From assembly GCA_016748015.1 (NCBI GenBank), contig JAAOMT010000341.1, positions 1-53,767 of the forward strand: a stretch of DNA of 53,767 nt, in the 5' to 3' direction. The notes beneath the pieces are model-generated. The model made no database searches. It saw nothing but the letters and a program-made list of their open reading frames with translations, and was not told the DNA's origin. Each line of letters begins with the position of its first letter. The first letter of the stretch is position 1. Positions 12,923 to 24,530 of the stretch are shown in pieces. A program made the position numbers and the translations under genes. Source of the stretch: Geosiphon pyriformis uo1. Lineage: Eukaryota > Fungi > Glomeromycota.

Positions 12923-15890
12923 TTATGTGGTTGAGTGAATGCGATATTTCTCATTTTGCGAATCATCATCTAATCCTGAGTCTATCGGGGACGATGTAAT
13001 ACCATCTATATCGTGCCGTACAGTATCTGATTTTATACTCGAATTGCCTGCCTCCCACTTCGGATGGCAAACAATTTGTATACCGGCATAATAGAAGTAC
13101 CAACAAATCACCCCAACTACCATTAAAATCACGCTTGTTATGTATGGAAGATAATAAGAGTAGGTTGATTTCTTAGGATCTTGAGGGCAACCTTCTATTT
13201 TTCTAATTTGGCAGTTAACAATCATATCCGTTTTGTTGTCATTATTTTGTGGCGAATTCTGACCTTGATTATTCGCAGCAAAGGCAGCAAAAAAAATGAA
13301 TGACGCGAAAATTACAAAGCCAATCAGCACGGCTTTTGGCACAAATTGCCTTCTAATTGCTCCTCTTTGTCGTAATATCTTGCAAAAAAAAATTTGAAAA
13401 TTGAAATATATTTAATTGAAAGAAATAATATTTGTTTAACGATTTTGAATTATGCTTACCAATAAACCAAGAACAGTAAGACCGTAGTAAAACCAAGCGG
13501 AATGTTGAGATACGGAAACTAAAAACTTGAAAGGATCACTGCCTGGACAAAAAATTATAATCAATGAGCCCCATATAGCTTGGATCGCCTAGAATAAAAT
13601 TTTCAAGATTTTTCAGAATTCTCACTATAAAGGCTTAAAGTTTTATATTTTAAGCTATTTAATTTCTTACCAATGCATTTAAAGGAGTATCTGTTCGGGG
13701 ATTCCATTTTCTAAGCTTAGTTGAAAAGAAAGGGATATAGTCTCGATGTGCTGCGGCCACAATAATTCGTGAACCTGTAGACACCATGACTGCCAGCGCC
13801 CCTAAAGCTGATAAAGGAATAAAACCTGCCAGTATTCGGGCTGCAGTTATACCTCCAACAGCGATTGCCAATTGACCACCAATTATTTCGTTGAGTCCTG
13901 AGCCAGATTTTGTAGCCATTTCATAGGGTATAGTTGTGTATGCAATATTGGCCATTATATCTAAAGTCAAAAAGAATCGTATTTAAGATTATAGTTTAAA
14001 ATAATCTTTTTATATTTAAAGAGATAAAAAATGCTCAACTAGTTTTTTTCTTATATAAAATTCTCAAAAGAACAACACTCAAACCATTAGAAACTTGAAG
14101 CGATCCTCTCGGATCAAATTCATCTAGTGTGTCTTTTAATTTTAATTAAAAAAATTTAGCTCTTGAAATTATTTGGTTCTCGATGAAAAAAGAGAATAAA
14201 GAAATTTATACAATTCAGGTTATTCCATCCATTATATGCAAAAAGCACAGGTAACATCGAAGAGATAAAAGAGCTTGGAGTAAATTTTGCGTCTGTAAAT
14301 TAATTTTGTCAGTTGTGGTTTCCTCAATCACGGATCGATTGCTTAATGAAAATAAAGCCAATAAGTGAAACTGCAAGAAGAGTCAAGATCTTAATAATCG
14401 CCAAGGTTTGATTTATTCGATTAGCCCATTTGTTCGACAGCATGTGATAGGCCGTAATTCCAAGTACAGCGGCTATTGATATTATTCGTATTCGCCTGTG
14501 GAAATTCTCAATTTCATTCAAAAACGAAATTTGAAGAAAAATCAATAAATTTTAGTTTCTTACCAAAACTTACGAGTTTTTAGAGACCCTTCTGGATGCA
14601 GATTATTTGAAGCTCCACATGCTTTATGAGCAGTAAACGCGTATATTAAGTATTGGGCGAAGATATTCGCATCGGCCGTGATAGAACCAGGTCGTATTAT
14701 ACAGAGGGTGTCCAAAAGTTTCCGAACAAACTTTGGAGTAACATTCCACATGCTTGAATAATTAGAAAAGCACGAGTTTATTAGTAAATAAAGTTAGTTA
14801 ATTATTTAATTACGCGTTTTTTATTTTTTAAACACGCGTGTATAATGTTTTTTCGCGACGCGCATAATCGATTTTATTCATACTCGTTTTTTTATAAAAA
14901 TGAAATGTAACGCGCATATAAGATTTTTTCGTCGTTTTTATTAAAACGAAATGGGAGCAAAAAAAGAATTAACGATTGCTTAACGTAATACTATATGCTT
15001 ATTACAACAGCATGGCAAGAAATATCGTGATATTGCCAACATAGTCAATCGCAGCTTGACAACAGTTTCGGATAAAATAAAACGATTTAAAGAAACTGGT
15101 TCAATTGATTCAAGACCTCGTTCAGGACGTCCACGTTTATTTACTCACCAAAAATATCGCCGACTTAAACGTTTAGTAACACTTAATGGAAAAATTTAGA
15201 AAATTACTATAAAATTATAAATATGTTGTTTATTTTGTTTTATTTTATAAAAAAATAAATATTATTGTTAAATAAAATCTTGTTCGGAAACTTTTGGACA
15301 CCCTCTGTACTAAAAAAAGGGAATAAAATAATTAATTAGCAAACTTGAAAATAGGCTTGAGAAAAGTTATGTAAATTTACACTATCATAGAGAAGCTGAA
15401 AATATAACTAAATAAATATGGAGGATGGGGAAATCCATTTTTTAAATAAACTACTTCTCTTCCTCCATCCTTAATTGAGCTTCCCAGCTAAGGAAAAGAA
15501 TTTTAAATTCTTAAAGTAACTAATTTTATGAAAGAACCACTTCATAAAGATTATTTAAGAAATAAATTTTTTATTAATCCTGCCATAACAAACCTCAACA
15601 TATGATAAAGAGCCGAATAAAGAGACGAATGCTCCTAATATCCAATAAATTAAAGCCATTCCTGGTGATCCAGCTTCATTTAAAGATAAAGATTATAAAA
15701 GATAATCTTGAGTTCTAATTCTGAATTGAAATTAAACCATCAAGAACTTACCTGATGATAGAACTAATCCCGGTGTTGAAAAGATCCCGGCGCCTATCAT
15801 GTTGTTAGAATTATTTCCAATACCGCTGAGAGTCGTTAAAAATCTATTTCTTTGTGGAATTTCGTTATAAGGGTGAATCTCATGAGCCAT
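12923..15890 (-). pseudogene. APC-superfamily (LAT/methionine-permease-like) amino-acid permease, copy A, probable pseudogene
   Basis: Same 9-exon layout as copy B (MIGAGIFSTPG, YNGWNNLN, AAAHRDYIP). Lesions: Tc1 insertion at the start of exon 4; in-frame TGA (14326-24), TGA (14311-09) and TAA (14302-00); intron 6 donor changed GT->AT at 14054; GGGE motif changed to GGRE. Confidence 0.88.
14702..15307 (+). mobile_element. Non-autonomous Tc1/mariner element (606 bp internal-deletion derivative)
   Basis: Perfect 28-bp TIRs (CAGAGGGTGTCCAAAAGTTTCCGAACAA) and TA duplication at 14700-01 and 15308-09. The internal frame from 14951 reads MGAKKELTIA*RNTI...YRDIANIVNRSLTTVSDKIKRFKETGS...RSGRPR (paired-like HTH plus GRPR). 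No DDE domain remains. Confidence 0.95.
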
Positions 15891-16202
15891 TTTGTAATTA
15901 TATAATCAATAATGAATACTCTGGAGATAAATTGATAAAATCTTCTTAAGATGCATACTATATATAAGGAAAATTGAGTTAAAGGACATTAAGGTTATAA
16001 AATACAAATAATCAATTTAACCAGAATAAACAAATTTCTCCAACCATTATTTTATCCTAAATAGGTAAAAACGGTGACATTAGATTATAAATTAGGGTTT
16101 ACAAAGAGTAAATGAAAATTTAAATGGTACATCTTGTTGAATTTTTTGTAGTTTGCATTAACCAAAAAAAAAAAAAAAATTTCGTTAAGATCTATTTTTG
16201 TA

Positions 16203-16233
16203 AAATTCGAACCTGACTTTCAGGTTCGAATTT
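16203..16233. repeat. Perfect 14-bp inverted repeat with 3-nt loop
   Basis: AAATTCGAACCTGA-CTT-TCAGGTTCGAATTT. Confidence 0.85.
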
Positions 16234-17205
16234 ATTTCTCTTTTGTAACCATTAGAATCTTTAAATAATCTACATAGTAAAGAATATGTTATTTATTCTA
16301 CTTATTCACAATAATATGCTTCTATTACATTACCATCTTTAGCCTTTATAACATCTGCTATTCTATTGGGCATGGATTCAATAAGTCTCGATTTCAATAT
16401 TATTCAAATGTGTTGAATTGTTTCCCAGTATATATAATTGAAAAAAAATCTTTTCTTGAATCAATTGTCATAATAAGAAACGCGACCACCTTGAGCGAAC
16501 TTATTATTTCTTTTCTCGTTTGCTCATTCATTAATAATCGATCATTATTTGATCGTCAATTCAATCGTAAAAATCATAATTAAAGTAATATATATAAATT
16601 TTTGTGAGCCAATATATATGCTAAAAGTATAAAAAATATTAACGAGAAAATTTTACATGATAGGATAAATCTTTCAAATTTCATATAAAGCTTATTTCTC
16701 TCATCACTTTTAAATTACTTTTTTTTGAGTGATTTTCTTATGAATTTAAAATTTTAATTTAATATCAAAGGGTGCCAAATTATTAATACCTACCAAAGAT
16801 ATTTTTTTGATTTAAGGTATCTTTAGAAAACTGGATCTTTGAAAAAATTATCTCAACTTTGGATAAAAGGCGTGCATTGTCAGTCCCGAGAATATAGTTA
16901 AGATGTTACAACATAATCTTCGTCTGGATTCTTGCCTTTTTTAAAAAAGTGACAATGCAAAACGGAAATAGAAAATGAATTTTTCAAATTGGTAGAGTAT
17001 GAATGAAAACTTATATCAACAGAGTTTAGATCAGGTAATTTTAATTAGTTTGCAAGAAAGTATTTTCTAAACCTAATTTCCTTGATTCTATTTTCTTCAT
17101 ATCTAATATGCGCCCAAAAAGAATTTTCTCAATTTAATTCCTAAGAGTGCTCACTAAAGTTCTTAATTTTAATTGAAAATTTTGAACCGACTACACGCCA
17201 ACAAA

Positions 17206-18290
17206 ATGACTCCAACACCTTTAGCTGTTGAAAGTAGCTTTCATACTAATAGGAGAGACCTTAGCGAAACTCAAAAAAAAAAGATTTTTAAGAATACCAA
17301 GTGTTGCGGCGAACAAATTTAACCATATGATCAATGCTGGAATATTTTCAACAGCAGGATTAGGTAATCCTTTGATGGTTTAATTTCAATTTAGGATTAA
17401 AATTAGGATTCAAATTATAAAAAGATAATCTTTATCCTCCTTTTATCTTTAAATGAAGCTGGATCACTTGGAATCTAAATATATTGGCCAACTTCATACA
17501 CAATTATATGCTATGATCATGTTGTAAATTCTGGTTAAGGGGTGAACAAATAATTGGTGGTCAATTGACATTCTTTGTTAGAGGTGCAAACACGGCTCGA
17601 AAACTAGCAATTTTTATCACCTTATTCGCTGTCTGTTGTCTATAGACTCACGAATCATTGTAGTTGCAGCACATCGAGAATATATCCTTTTTTTTCACCA
17701 ATACTCAGGAAATGGAATATACGAACAGATATTCCTGTAAATGCATTGGTAAAAAATCAAATGGTTTAATTTATGAAAATTTAAGTCTCTATAGCGAGAT
17801 CTATATCATTTTTTACTTTAGGCGGCCCAAGCTATATGGTGCTTGTTGATTAAATACTTTGTTCTAACTAATTATCCTTTTAAGTTTTTGAATTCTCTAT
17901 TCGAATATTCTGCCTGGTTTTACTATAGTCTTACTGTTCTTAAGTATAATTCAAAATGGCTAAATAAATATATAACTTTTTATAATCAAATACCATTCCA
18001 ACTTTAAAATTTCTTTTGCAATATATTATGCCAAAGAGGAACAATTCAAAGGCAATTAGTGCTGAGTAACTTTTTCAGTTTAGTTGCATTTATTTTTTCG
18101 CTGTTTTGTTTCGGATAACAGAGGTCACAATTCGAAATAGAATAATAGCAATACGACTATTACTATTATTATTATTATTATTATTATTATTAGGGACGAC
18201 AAGGTAACTTGCTCTTCATACTCTGAGAATTCAAGTATGATAGAAATTTTTGTTGGAGCAATTTTTGGTACTTCTTTTGGCAACCAATAG
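17206..18290 (+). pseudogene. Amino-acid permease copy C, heavily decayed, with a large internal deletion
   Basis: NHMINAGIFSTAGL (compare NNMIGAGIFSTPGL). The sequence jumps from exon 2 to exon 7 material near 17475. EQIIGGQL, WNTRTDIPVNAL and AAQAIWCLLI survive among frameshifts and stops. Confidence 0.88.
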
Positions 18291-18977
18291 TATTGCACCT
18301 ATTCGAAGTTTACATTTTTAAAGAATATAATAGTGAAAGCAACTATCCAGTTCTCATTTTATTTGGAACTAATGAATATACTTTTACTTTTCAATTGCCA
18401 TGATTTTTATATTTATTCAGTTTCATATTGGTAATTAATAAATTATAATCTCCACAAAAAATAATGGCCATACTATGTCTTTAAATACAGTATTAAATAC
18501 AGTTTAAAGATGGTTAATTGATTTTTTTATAATATTCAGAGAACAGTTTTCTAATATAATTTTGAAGATATTAAAATTATTCTTAAATTATCAAAATTAA
18601 AATAAGTCAAAAAGAAAATTCAATATATATATATCAAAAAAACTATTTTAAGGAAAAAAAAATATCTCAAATATTGATGATTCTAAAAAAAAAAAAAATT
18701 TAACTATTTAATATTATGAAATTAAAATTTTTATATAAAATTAAACATTATTACTTTTCGTGAGAATTACAGTAACAAAGTAAGTAAGTAAGTAAGTAAG
18801 TAAAAAAAAAAAAAGAATATTTTTCTGTTATAATTATTTAATATATTAAAATAAAAAATTTATAACAATTTTTTACCATTTTTTTTTGATCATTTCACAT
18901 TTTTAAATTTATAAACAAGTTATTTCTAAAAATAAATATAATCTAAAAATCTAGTTTAACAGCAAATTTTTTCTTTC

Positions 18978-19040
18978 ATAATAATTAATAATAATTAATC
19001 ATAATAATAATAATAATAATACTAATACTAATAATAATTG

Positions 19041-19093
<53 letters not shown>

Positions 19094-19115
19094 TGATAAT
19101 AATAATAATAATAAT
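18978..19115. repeat. (AAT)n microsatellite; (TAAG)n nearby at ~18779-18802
   Basis: Visible directly in the sequence. Confidence 0.9.
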
Positions 19116-20143
19116 TAAAACCACTTTAAATAAAATAAAAAAATAAAAACCTTTAATTAAAATAAAAATTTAAAAAAGAATTAAAATAGTTTTATTTATT
19201 GGTATATATATCAAAAAAAAAGCTTTTTTACTTTTAATAAGATAAAATAAAATAAAAATATGGTTACAAATGAGCAATAAAAAAGTAAAAATTCCCCTCC
19301 CCCTCCGTTATAAAGTTTTATAATAATTTAATGTAATCAATTGAATTTTGAATAATCAATATTATAATAATAATAATGTTTTTATATCAAAAAGACAAAA
19401 TAAGGTATAAAAAAAGTTATTAATAAATTGCGTATAAAATAAATGGTTTAAATATTTAAGAGTTTAAAAATACACAAAAAAACTGTTAGCCTCAAAATTT
19501 TATTCATTACAGGGATGGAGTATTAAAAATCACAAGATTGACTGCGCGATGATTTTATTGAAATTTTTTTTTTCGAAAGCCTCTCATCAAGTGGCTTTTG
19601 TGTTACTCAATCTTCCCCAATGTAGTAATGAATTGTTTGCATCAAGGCAATTTCATTAGATTATCATTTTTAAAAATCTAAGCCATATTCAACAGCTTCA
19701 TTTGTGAGTATATTATGACTTCACGAAAATATACTAATTCCTTTGAATATTAATTTTAACAAAAATGATGATTTCCTAAGATTCCATATTGATATAAGCT
19801 TGTTGTACTCGAGGTATCACGTGTTCAATATAAAGTTTACCTTAATTTCGGAAAAACCGGATCTTTTTAAACACAAAATTGAGCGCCAATCTTTGTCTAA
19901 TCTTGCGTATCAATTTTAACTAAAAGATGTTTTTGATTCTCAAAAAATACTTGAAAAATAAATTTTTGAGTTACCACAACGTGAGGCAGCTTCATTTCAT
20001 ATCCTTTCATTAAAAAATGAATTTTTTGAAAGAAAACTTTTAAAGAGATAAACTACCTTTTATTTGTTTGAAATATTCCGAAATTTTGCAGGAAAAAGAT
20101 CAAAAAATTTTTTTTATTATATATATATATATATATATATGAA

Positions 20144-20310
20144 TATTAGTCGAGATGAGAGTCGATGATAATCAAAGTTGATTTTTCCCATCTTTCAATT
20201 CTGAAAATAGATTAGCTTAAAAAAATTTGTGGTCTATGATCAGAGAGCTGATAGAACAAAGAAAAACTTTTTGTAGAACGTACACAAACAAACAATATTT
20301 ATATATATAA
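20144..20310 (-). mobile_element. Possible mini non-autonomous Helitron-like element
   Basis: The minus strand begins TTATATATATAAATATTGTTTGTTTGT and ends TCGACTCTCATCTCGA-CTAA|T (short palindrome then CTRR before T), beside a (TA)n run. No TSD is visible. Confidence 0.3.
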
Positions 20311-21027
20311 CGTCAATCACACCCTTAAATAATGATAAACTTTTGTTATTACTATTATTATTAATGAATTTTAATTTTATTACCGGATTATCATTTCCGT
20401 TATGTGTAACATACAAACCAAGTTTTTTTTTTTGACTTTTTCTCTATATCTTTTGTAGTTCGAAAAATTAATCTAATTCGACTTTGGAAAATGACGCATG
20501 TGCATTAGTCAAATGATGGCTATGCAAAAAGAGGCTCCCCATCAATCGAATCATATTTAAAATGATTTCAAACAACTTTATTAGATAAGAACACGATCCT
20601 TCCTAACTAATTATCACATTTTACATATATTTTGAATTTTATTAGATTTAGAAAACCCCTATTTGTGCACATGATTTGAATGTTACAAATTAAAAAAAAA
20701 TTTAATCCCTAATCTGATTAATAATATTCTTGGTGCTAAGATTTTTTTGACATGACTTGGAGAAACCATGTTTTTCTTATCGGTAGAATAACAGGCTTAG
20801 TAATAATTTATCGTTTCCTCCAAGACAATATTCTTGTTTAAACTGTTTTCAAATAGTAAAAAAGATTATTTTATAAATTTGAATCTATTATATCTCACAA
20901 ATTCAAGCACGAGATAATGTTTTTACAAAGATTATAATGCTCCTGATATCCCCCCCCCCCTCCCCCAGATATGCATATATATTTTTTACATTAAAACTGT
21001 TTAATCTGTAAAAACATTGGCTTTTGC

Positions 21028-21127
21028 TTTTGATGACTTAAAATTTGATGAATTAACATTTGATGAATTAACATTTTGATGAATTAACACTTGGCAATGA
21101 GCTTTTAGCCATTTCCAAAGGACACCT
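21028..21127. repeat. 15-bp tandem repeat (TTTGATGAATTAACA x3 plus one degenerate copy), possibly a DNA-transposon subterminal array
   Basis: The repeat is visible directly; the TE interpretation is inference. Confidence 0.7.
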
Positions 21128-21414
21128 AGAATTTCGCCAAAAATTTTCATTAAATAAAATTTTAGTATTGAGAATAGTTTTAGGTATTAAAAGTAAAGGA
21201 AAACAATTTTATAGACTAATATTTTTCACACAAGTAAATGAGAATGTATATTTTTTTCACTGATATATTTTGAATTAACAAAAAATTTCAGAATTTAATT
21301 TTTCATTTTATATTAAACTAATTCATTGAAAATAATTTTATGAGAAAACGATTTTTATGTTAAAAGATGTATACACAATTAAGATCACAATTGACATTTT
21401 TCCAAAAAGTTTTA

Positions 21415-21472
21415 TTATTATTTGATTATTATTATTTGATTATCATTATTTGATTATCATTATTTGATTATT
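21415..21472. repeat. 14-bp tandem repeat (YATTATTTGATTAT x4)
   Basis: Visible directly in the sequence. Confidence 0.8.
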
Positions 21473-21894
21473 TTTATTATTTTTATTTTTTGAACACTTA
21501 TTATTGAAACCAATCTTGAAAATAAAAAAAATTTAAATAAAAAAAATGAATTCTAAAGAAATAAATTGGTATATTTTTAAAGTTCTACAGAATAATACAA
21601 AATCTTTTTTTTTTCCTTTATTTCTACGAAGAATATCAACAAGTGAATGACAAATTGTTTAAAATTGATTTGCTTTTATCCCATACACACAAATTTAATT
21701 ATAAAAATTATGTCATGTAAATATCATGTGAAATAAAAATGAAAATTCTTTTAGAAAATATTATGGAATATTTTTAAAATCAAAAAAAACCCCCACCCAC
21801 AAAATTAAAACTTTTTACTTGAAAAAAATATTTTGAATAAAATCAAATGTACCTTCAACTTATTTTTTTCTTTTTGGAATTTAATAGGTAATTT

Positions 21895-21929
21895 TATGAA
21901 CAGCAGCTTGCTTGCAGCTGCTGTTCATA
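21895..21929. repeat. Perfect 14-bp inverted repeat with 7-nt loop
   Basis: TATGAACAGCAGCT-TGCTTGC-AGCTGCTGTTCATA. Confidence 0.85.
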
Positions 21930-22977
21930 GTATGATCTTAGAATTCCATGTTGTGCACAATTGAACAAAAAAGCACTTCATGCTCAAATTCTATGTGTGT
22001 GACAGATGAACGCAATTGTTTCACCATTTAAAAATTAGATTTACGACATTAATATCATCTTTGGAGGGTAAAGTCTAAAAAAAAAAAATTTTTCTTTTTC
22101 TTTTTCCACTAACTTTAATTGAATTTTTTGACAAAAATTTTAATGGGGTTTAGAACTGAAAAACCTGTCCTTGTATGATCACGAGTTTAAGGGATATTTC
22201 TCTTTCAGGAGTTTCCAGGCCTATCTAAACTTTTTGCGACTTTGGTATTACTTTGAACCCATTCGTACCATTTAAGGGTAATAATTACGTAGTTTTCTTT
22301 GCTTCAAAAAAAAAAAAAAAAGGACAGATTTTCAAAAGTACAAAATTGACAGTCAACCTAAAACAAAACTCTCGTTCACAATTCTTAGCATCAGACTCTA
22401 GATTATTATGGAGCAGCCTTTTTTTGTCCTAAATTTCGTCCTAGTTTTATCAAACTCATAGATTTTGATATATAGAAAATAAAATAAATAATGAAAAAAA
22501 AACCATGTGCACAAAATTTCTTATTGTTACTAAACGCTCTCGTTTCCAATTTAAAAAAATTCCCATGATACCAGAAATTTTTCTAATATAGAATTTAAGA
22601 GATAATAAGGCAAGTTTGGTCATATTTTTCGCAAATTAATTTTGACTCGCAATCCCTATTTCAATATTGGAATGGTCAACAACTTTCAACTTACTCAAAG
22701 AAATGTTTATATCAAATTTCAGCTTGCGACTAGCGCAAAAATTTTTTAACTTTTGAATTGAAGTTTTAATAAAGGAAGAGACATTATGATACAAATGTGA
22801 AGTGAAATGTAATGAGATGAAAACTATTTACTATTAAATATTGACTACAATATACAAACTTGGAATGAACAAGGAGAAGTCAAAAAAATTCAAAATTGGG
22901 GGTTTTTTTTTGAATTTCCTAATTCAAGCCAAAAAAAAAAAAAAAATGAAAACCTTTTTACAAAATATTCATGGCCT

Positions 22978-23598
22978 TCAGAAAAATGCAGCTAACCCTT
23001 CTTTTTTTTGTCTGGCCAATTCCTCCTCATTTAACTGTCGTTCCCGTTCCCTTTCAAATTCTTGAAACTGGTTTGGACCCCATAACTCACGACATTCCTC
23101 TTTGACCTTTTTCAATAAATCACTCACAGCACTTTGTAAAGGTTTCAATTTCCACTCAATTTTCTCACACTCTTCCAATCCAGCTTTCCAGGTATCGATC
23201 GCCTGTCTTATCATATTTGGGTAATCGATAAAAAATTGTCCAATCGATACCAAATAACGTTGTTCTTCCAAATCATATAAAAATTCATGTTGTCTCGTTA
23301 ATTTCTTATGTTGCTTTTCAATGTAGTTTCCCAATTCACGTGCTTCTCCAATTTCCAAAAGAGTTTCTTCGAAACGAAGCTTTATACGTTTTATCTTTTC
23401 GTCCTTTTCAAGATTACGTTGGTTTCGTAGTTTTTCAAGTTCGTAACTACGTCGGTTTGCTCTGCGTAAAATTTCTTCGTAGGTTATGTTTCTTTTTTGA
23501 TTGTGACTTTGTAATTTTTTAGTTGATGGGTTTGAAATATTAATAGTGTTTAAAGTTTTAGTTGGTGGTGGTTTGCAAAGAGTATGTGTGGAATCCAT
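22978..23598 (-). CDS. Hypothetical 206-aa intronless, charged coiled-coil protein
   Basis: A 621-nt ATG..TGA ORF in AT-rich DNA with E/K/R/L-rich helical composition; no family recognised. Confidence 0.7.
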   Translation of the reverse strand: MDSTHTLCKPPPTKTLNTINISNPSTKKLQSHNQKRNITYEEILRRANRRSYELEKLRNQRNLEKDEKIKRIKLRFEETLLEIGEARELGNYIEKQHKKLTRQHEFLYDLEEQRYLVSIGQFFIDYPNMIRQAIDTWKAGLEECEKIEWKLKPLQSAVSDLLKKVKEECRELWGPNQFQEFERERERQLNEEELARQKKEGLAAFF

Positions 23599-24461
23599 GA
23601 TTTTGATTTTCGATGTTGCGAAAATGATCTAATGTATAAATATTGTTTTTTCCTTTAGGGGAAATTGATCAGCATCCCTTTCGATTTGTCGATCTTTTTG
23701 CCCCTAATTCCCGATGTGAGAATCGGGGTAAAATAGTTGTCTGATTCAAAGAGAGTAGCTGTAGTTATTATTATTATTATTATTATTATTTTTATTATTT
23801 TTATTTTTATTATTATTATTACTATTATGATAACAAATTGATTTTAGAATTCTCTAGTTCAAAATTTCACGGCGAGAATGTTTCCTAAATTTACGAAAAA
23901 CTGAATTATTTTCTTGCTTATGACCTGGGGAGGTCGTAATAAAGAAGGAAGTTACACAGATGATCAACAATACTGCATTGACTAATTACTAACCTTGCAT
24001 GTTTGAAAACCGGTTTATTGTGTAATTGTTTATGACCATCAATGATGAACAAAGAGATGAAAGAATCAAAAAGAGGTAAGGGTAACTCTACGCACAGCCC
24101 CAGTCTAAAATCATCAATTGGGGGAGCATATAGTTACTTTTGAAATCTTTTGAAATAATTGAGAGCGTTTTTTATTAAGAGTGCGCCAAAGAATGAGCAT
24201 GTAACAAGTTCATATATACTATTTCTACACACGCGAGCGCAAGTCGCTGCAGTATATGAATTATTATGAAAGATATTACTAATTTGAAAGATTATAATCA
24301 AAATATTTAAAATTCAAACTGTTTAAAGATTTGACATTTATGCATTACAAAACCGTAATCAGTAAATTGGTGCATGCAAACATGGTAACATTTTAAAAGT
24401 GCTTACATACGTAATGAGGTTTAAAAAAAGGGGATCAACAAGAATAGGGAACTGTATTCGA

Positions 24462-24530
24462 ATAAAGCGACTGTAATCGAATACTGAATGTATAAAGCAA
24501 CTGTAATCGAATACTGAATGTATAAAGCAA
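24462..24530. repeat. 30-bp tandem repeat, about 2.3 copies
   Basis: ATAAAGC(G/A)ACTGTAATCGAATACTGAATGT recurs with period 30; a partial ACTGTATTCGAATA lies just upstream. Confidence 0.85.

Noticed and set aside
14300-14326. TGA read as Trp (alternative genetic code)
   Set aside because: TGA is the true stop of P450, HSP20 and permease B; intact genes use TGG; and a TAA lies in the same cluster.
16865-16940. TPP riboswitch resemblance (GGYGUGC...CCGAGA...UCUGGAU)
   Set aside because: It lacks CUGAGA and the GAACYUGA core, and the resemblance is not kept in the copy upstream of the intact gene.
24451-24530. CRISPR-like 30-bp repeats
   Set aside because: Head-to-tail tandem copies without unique spacers, no cas genes, eukaryotic context.
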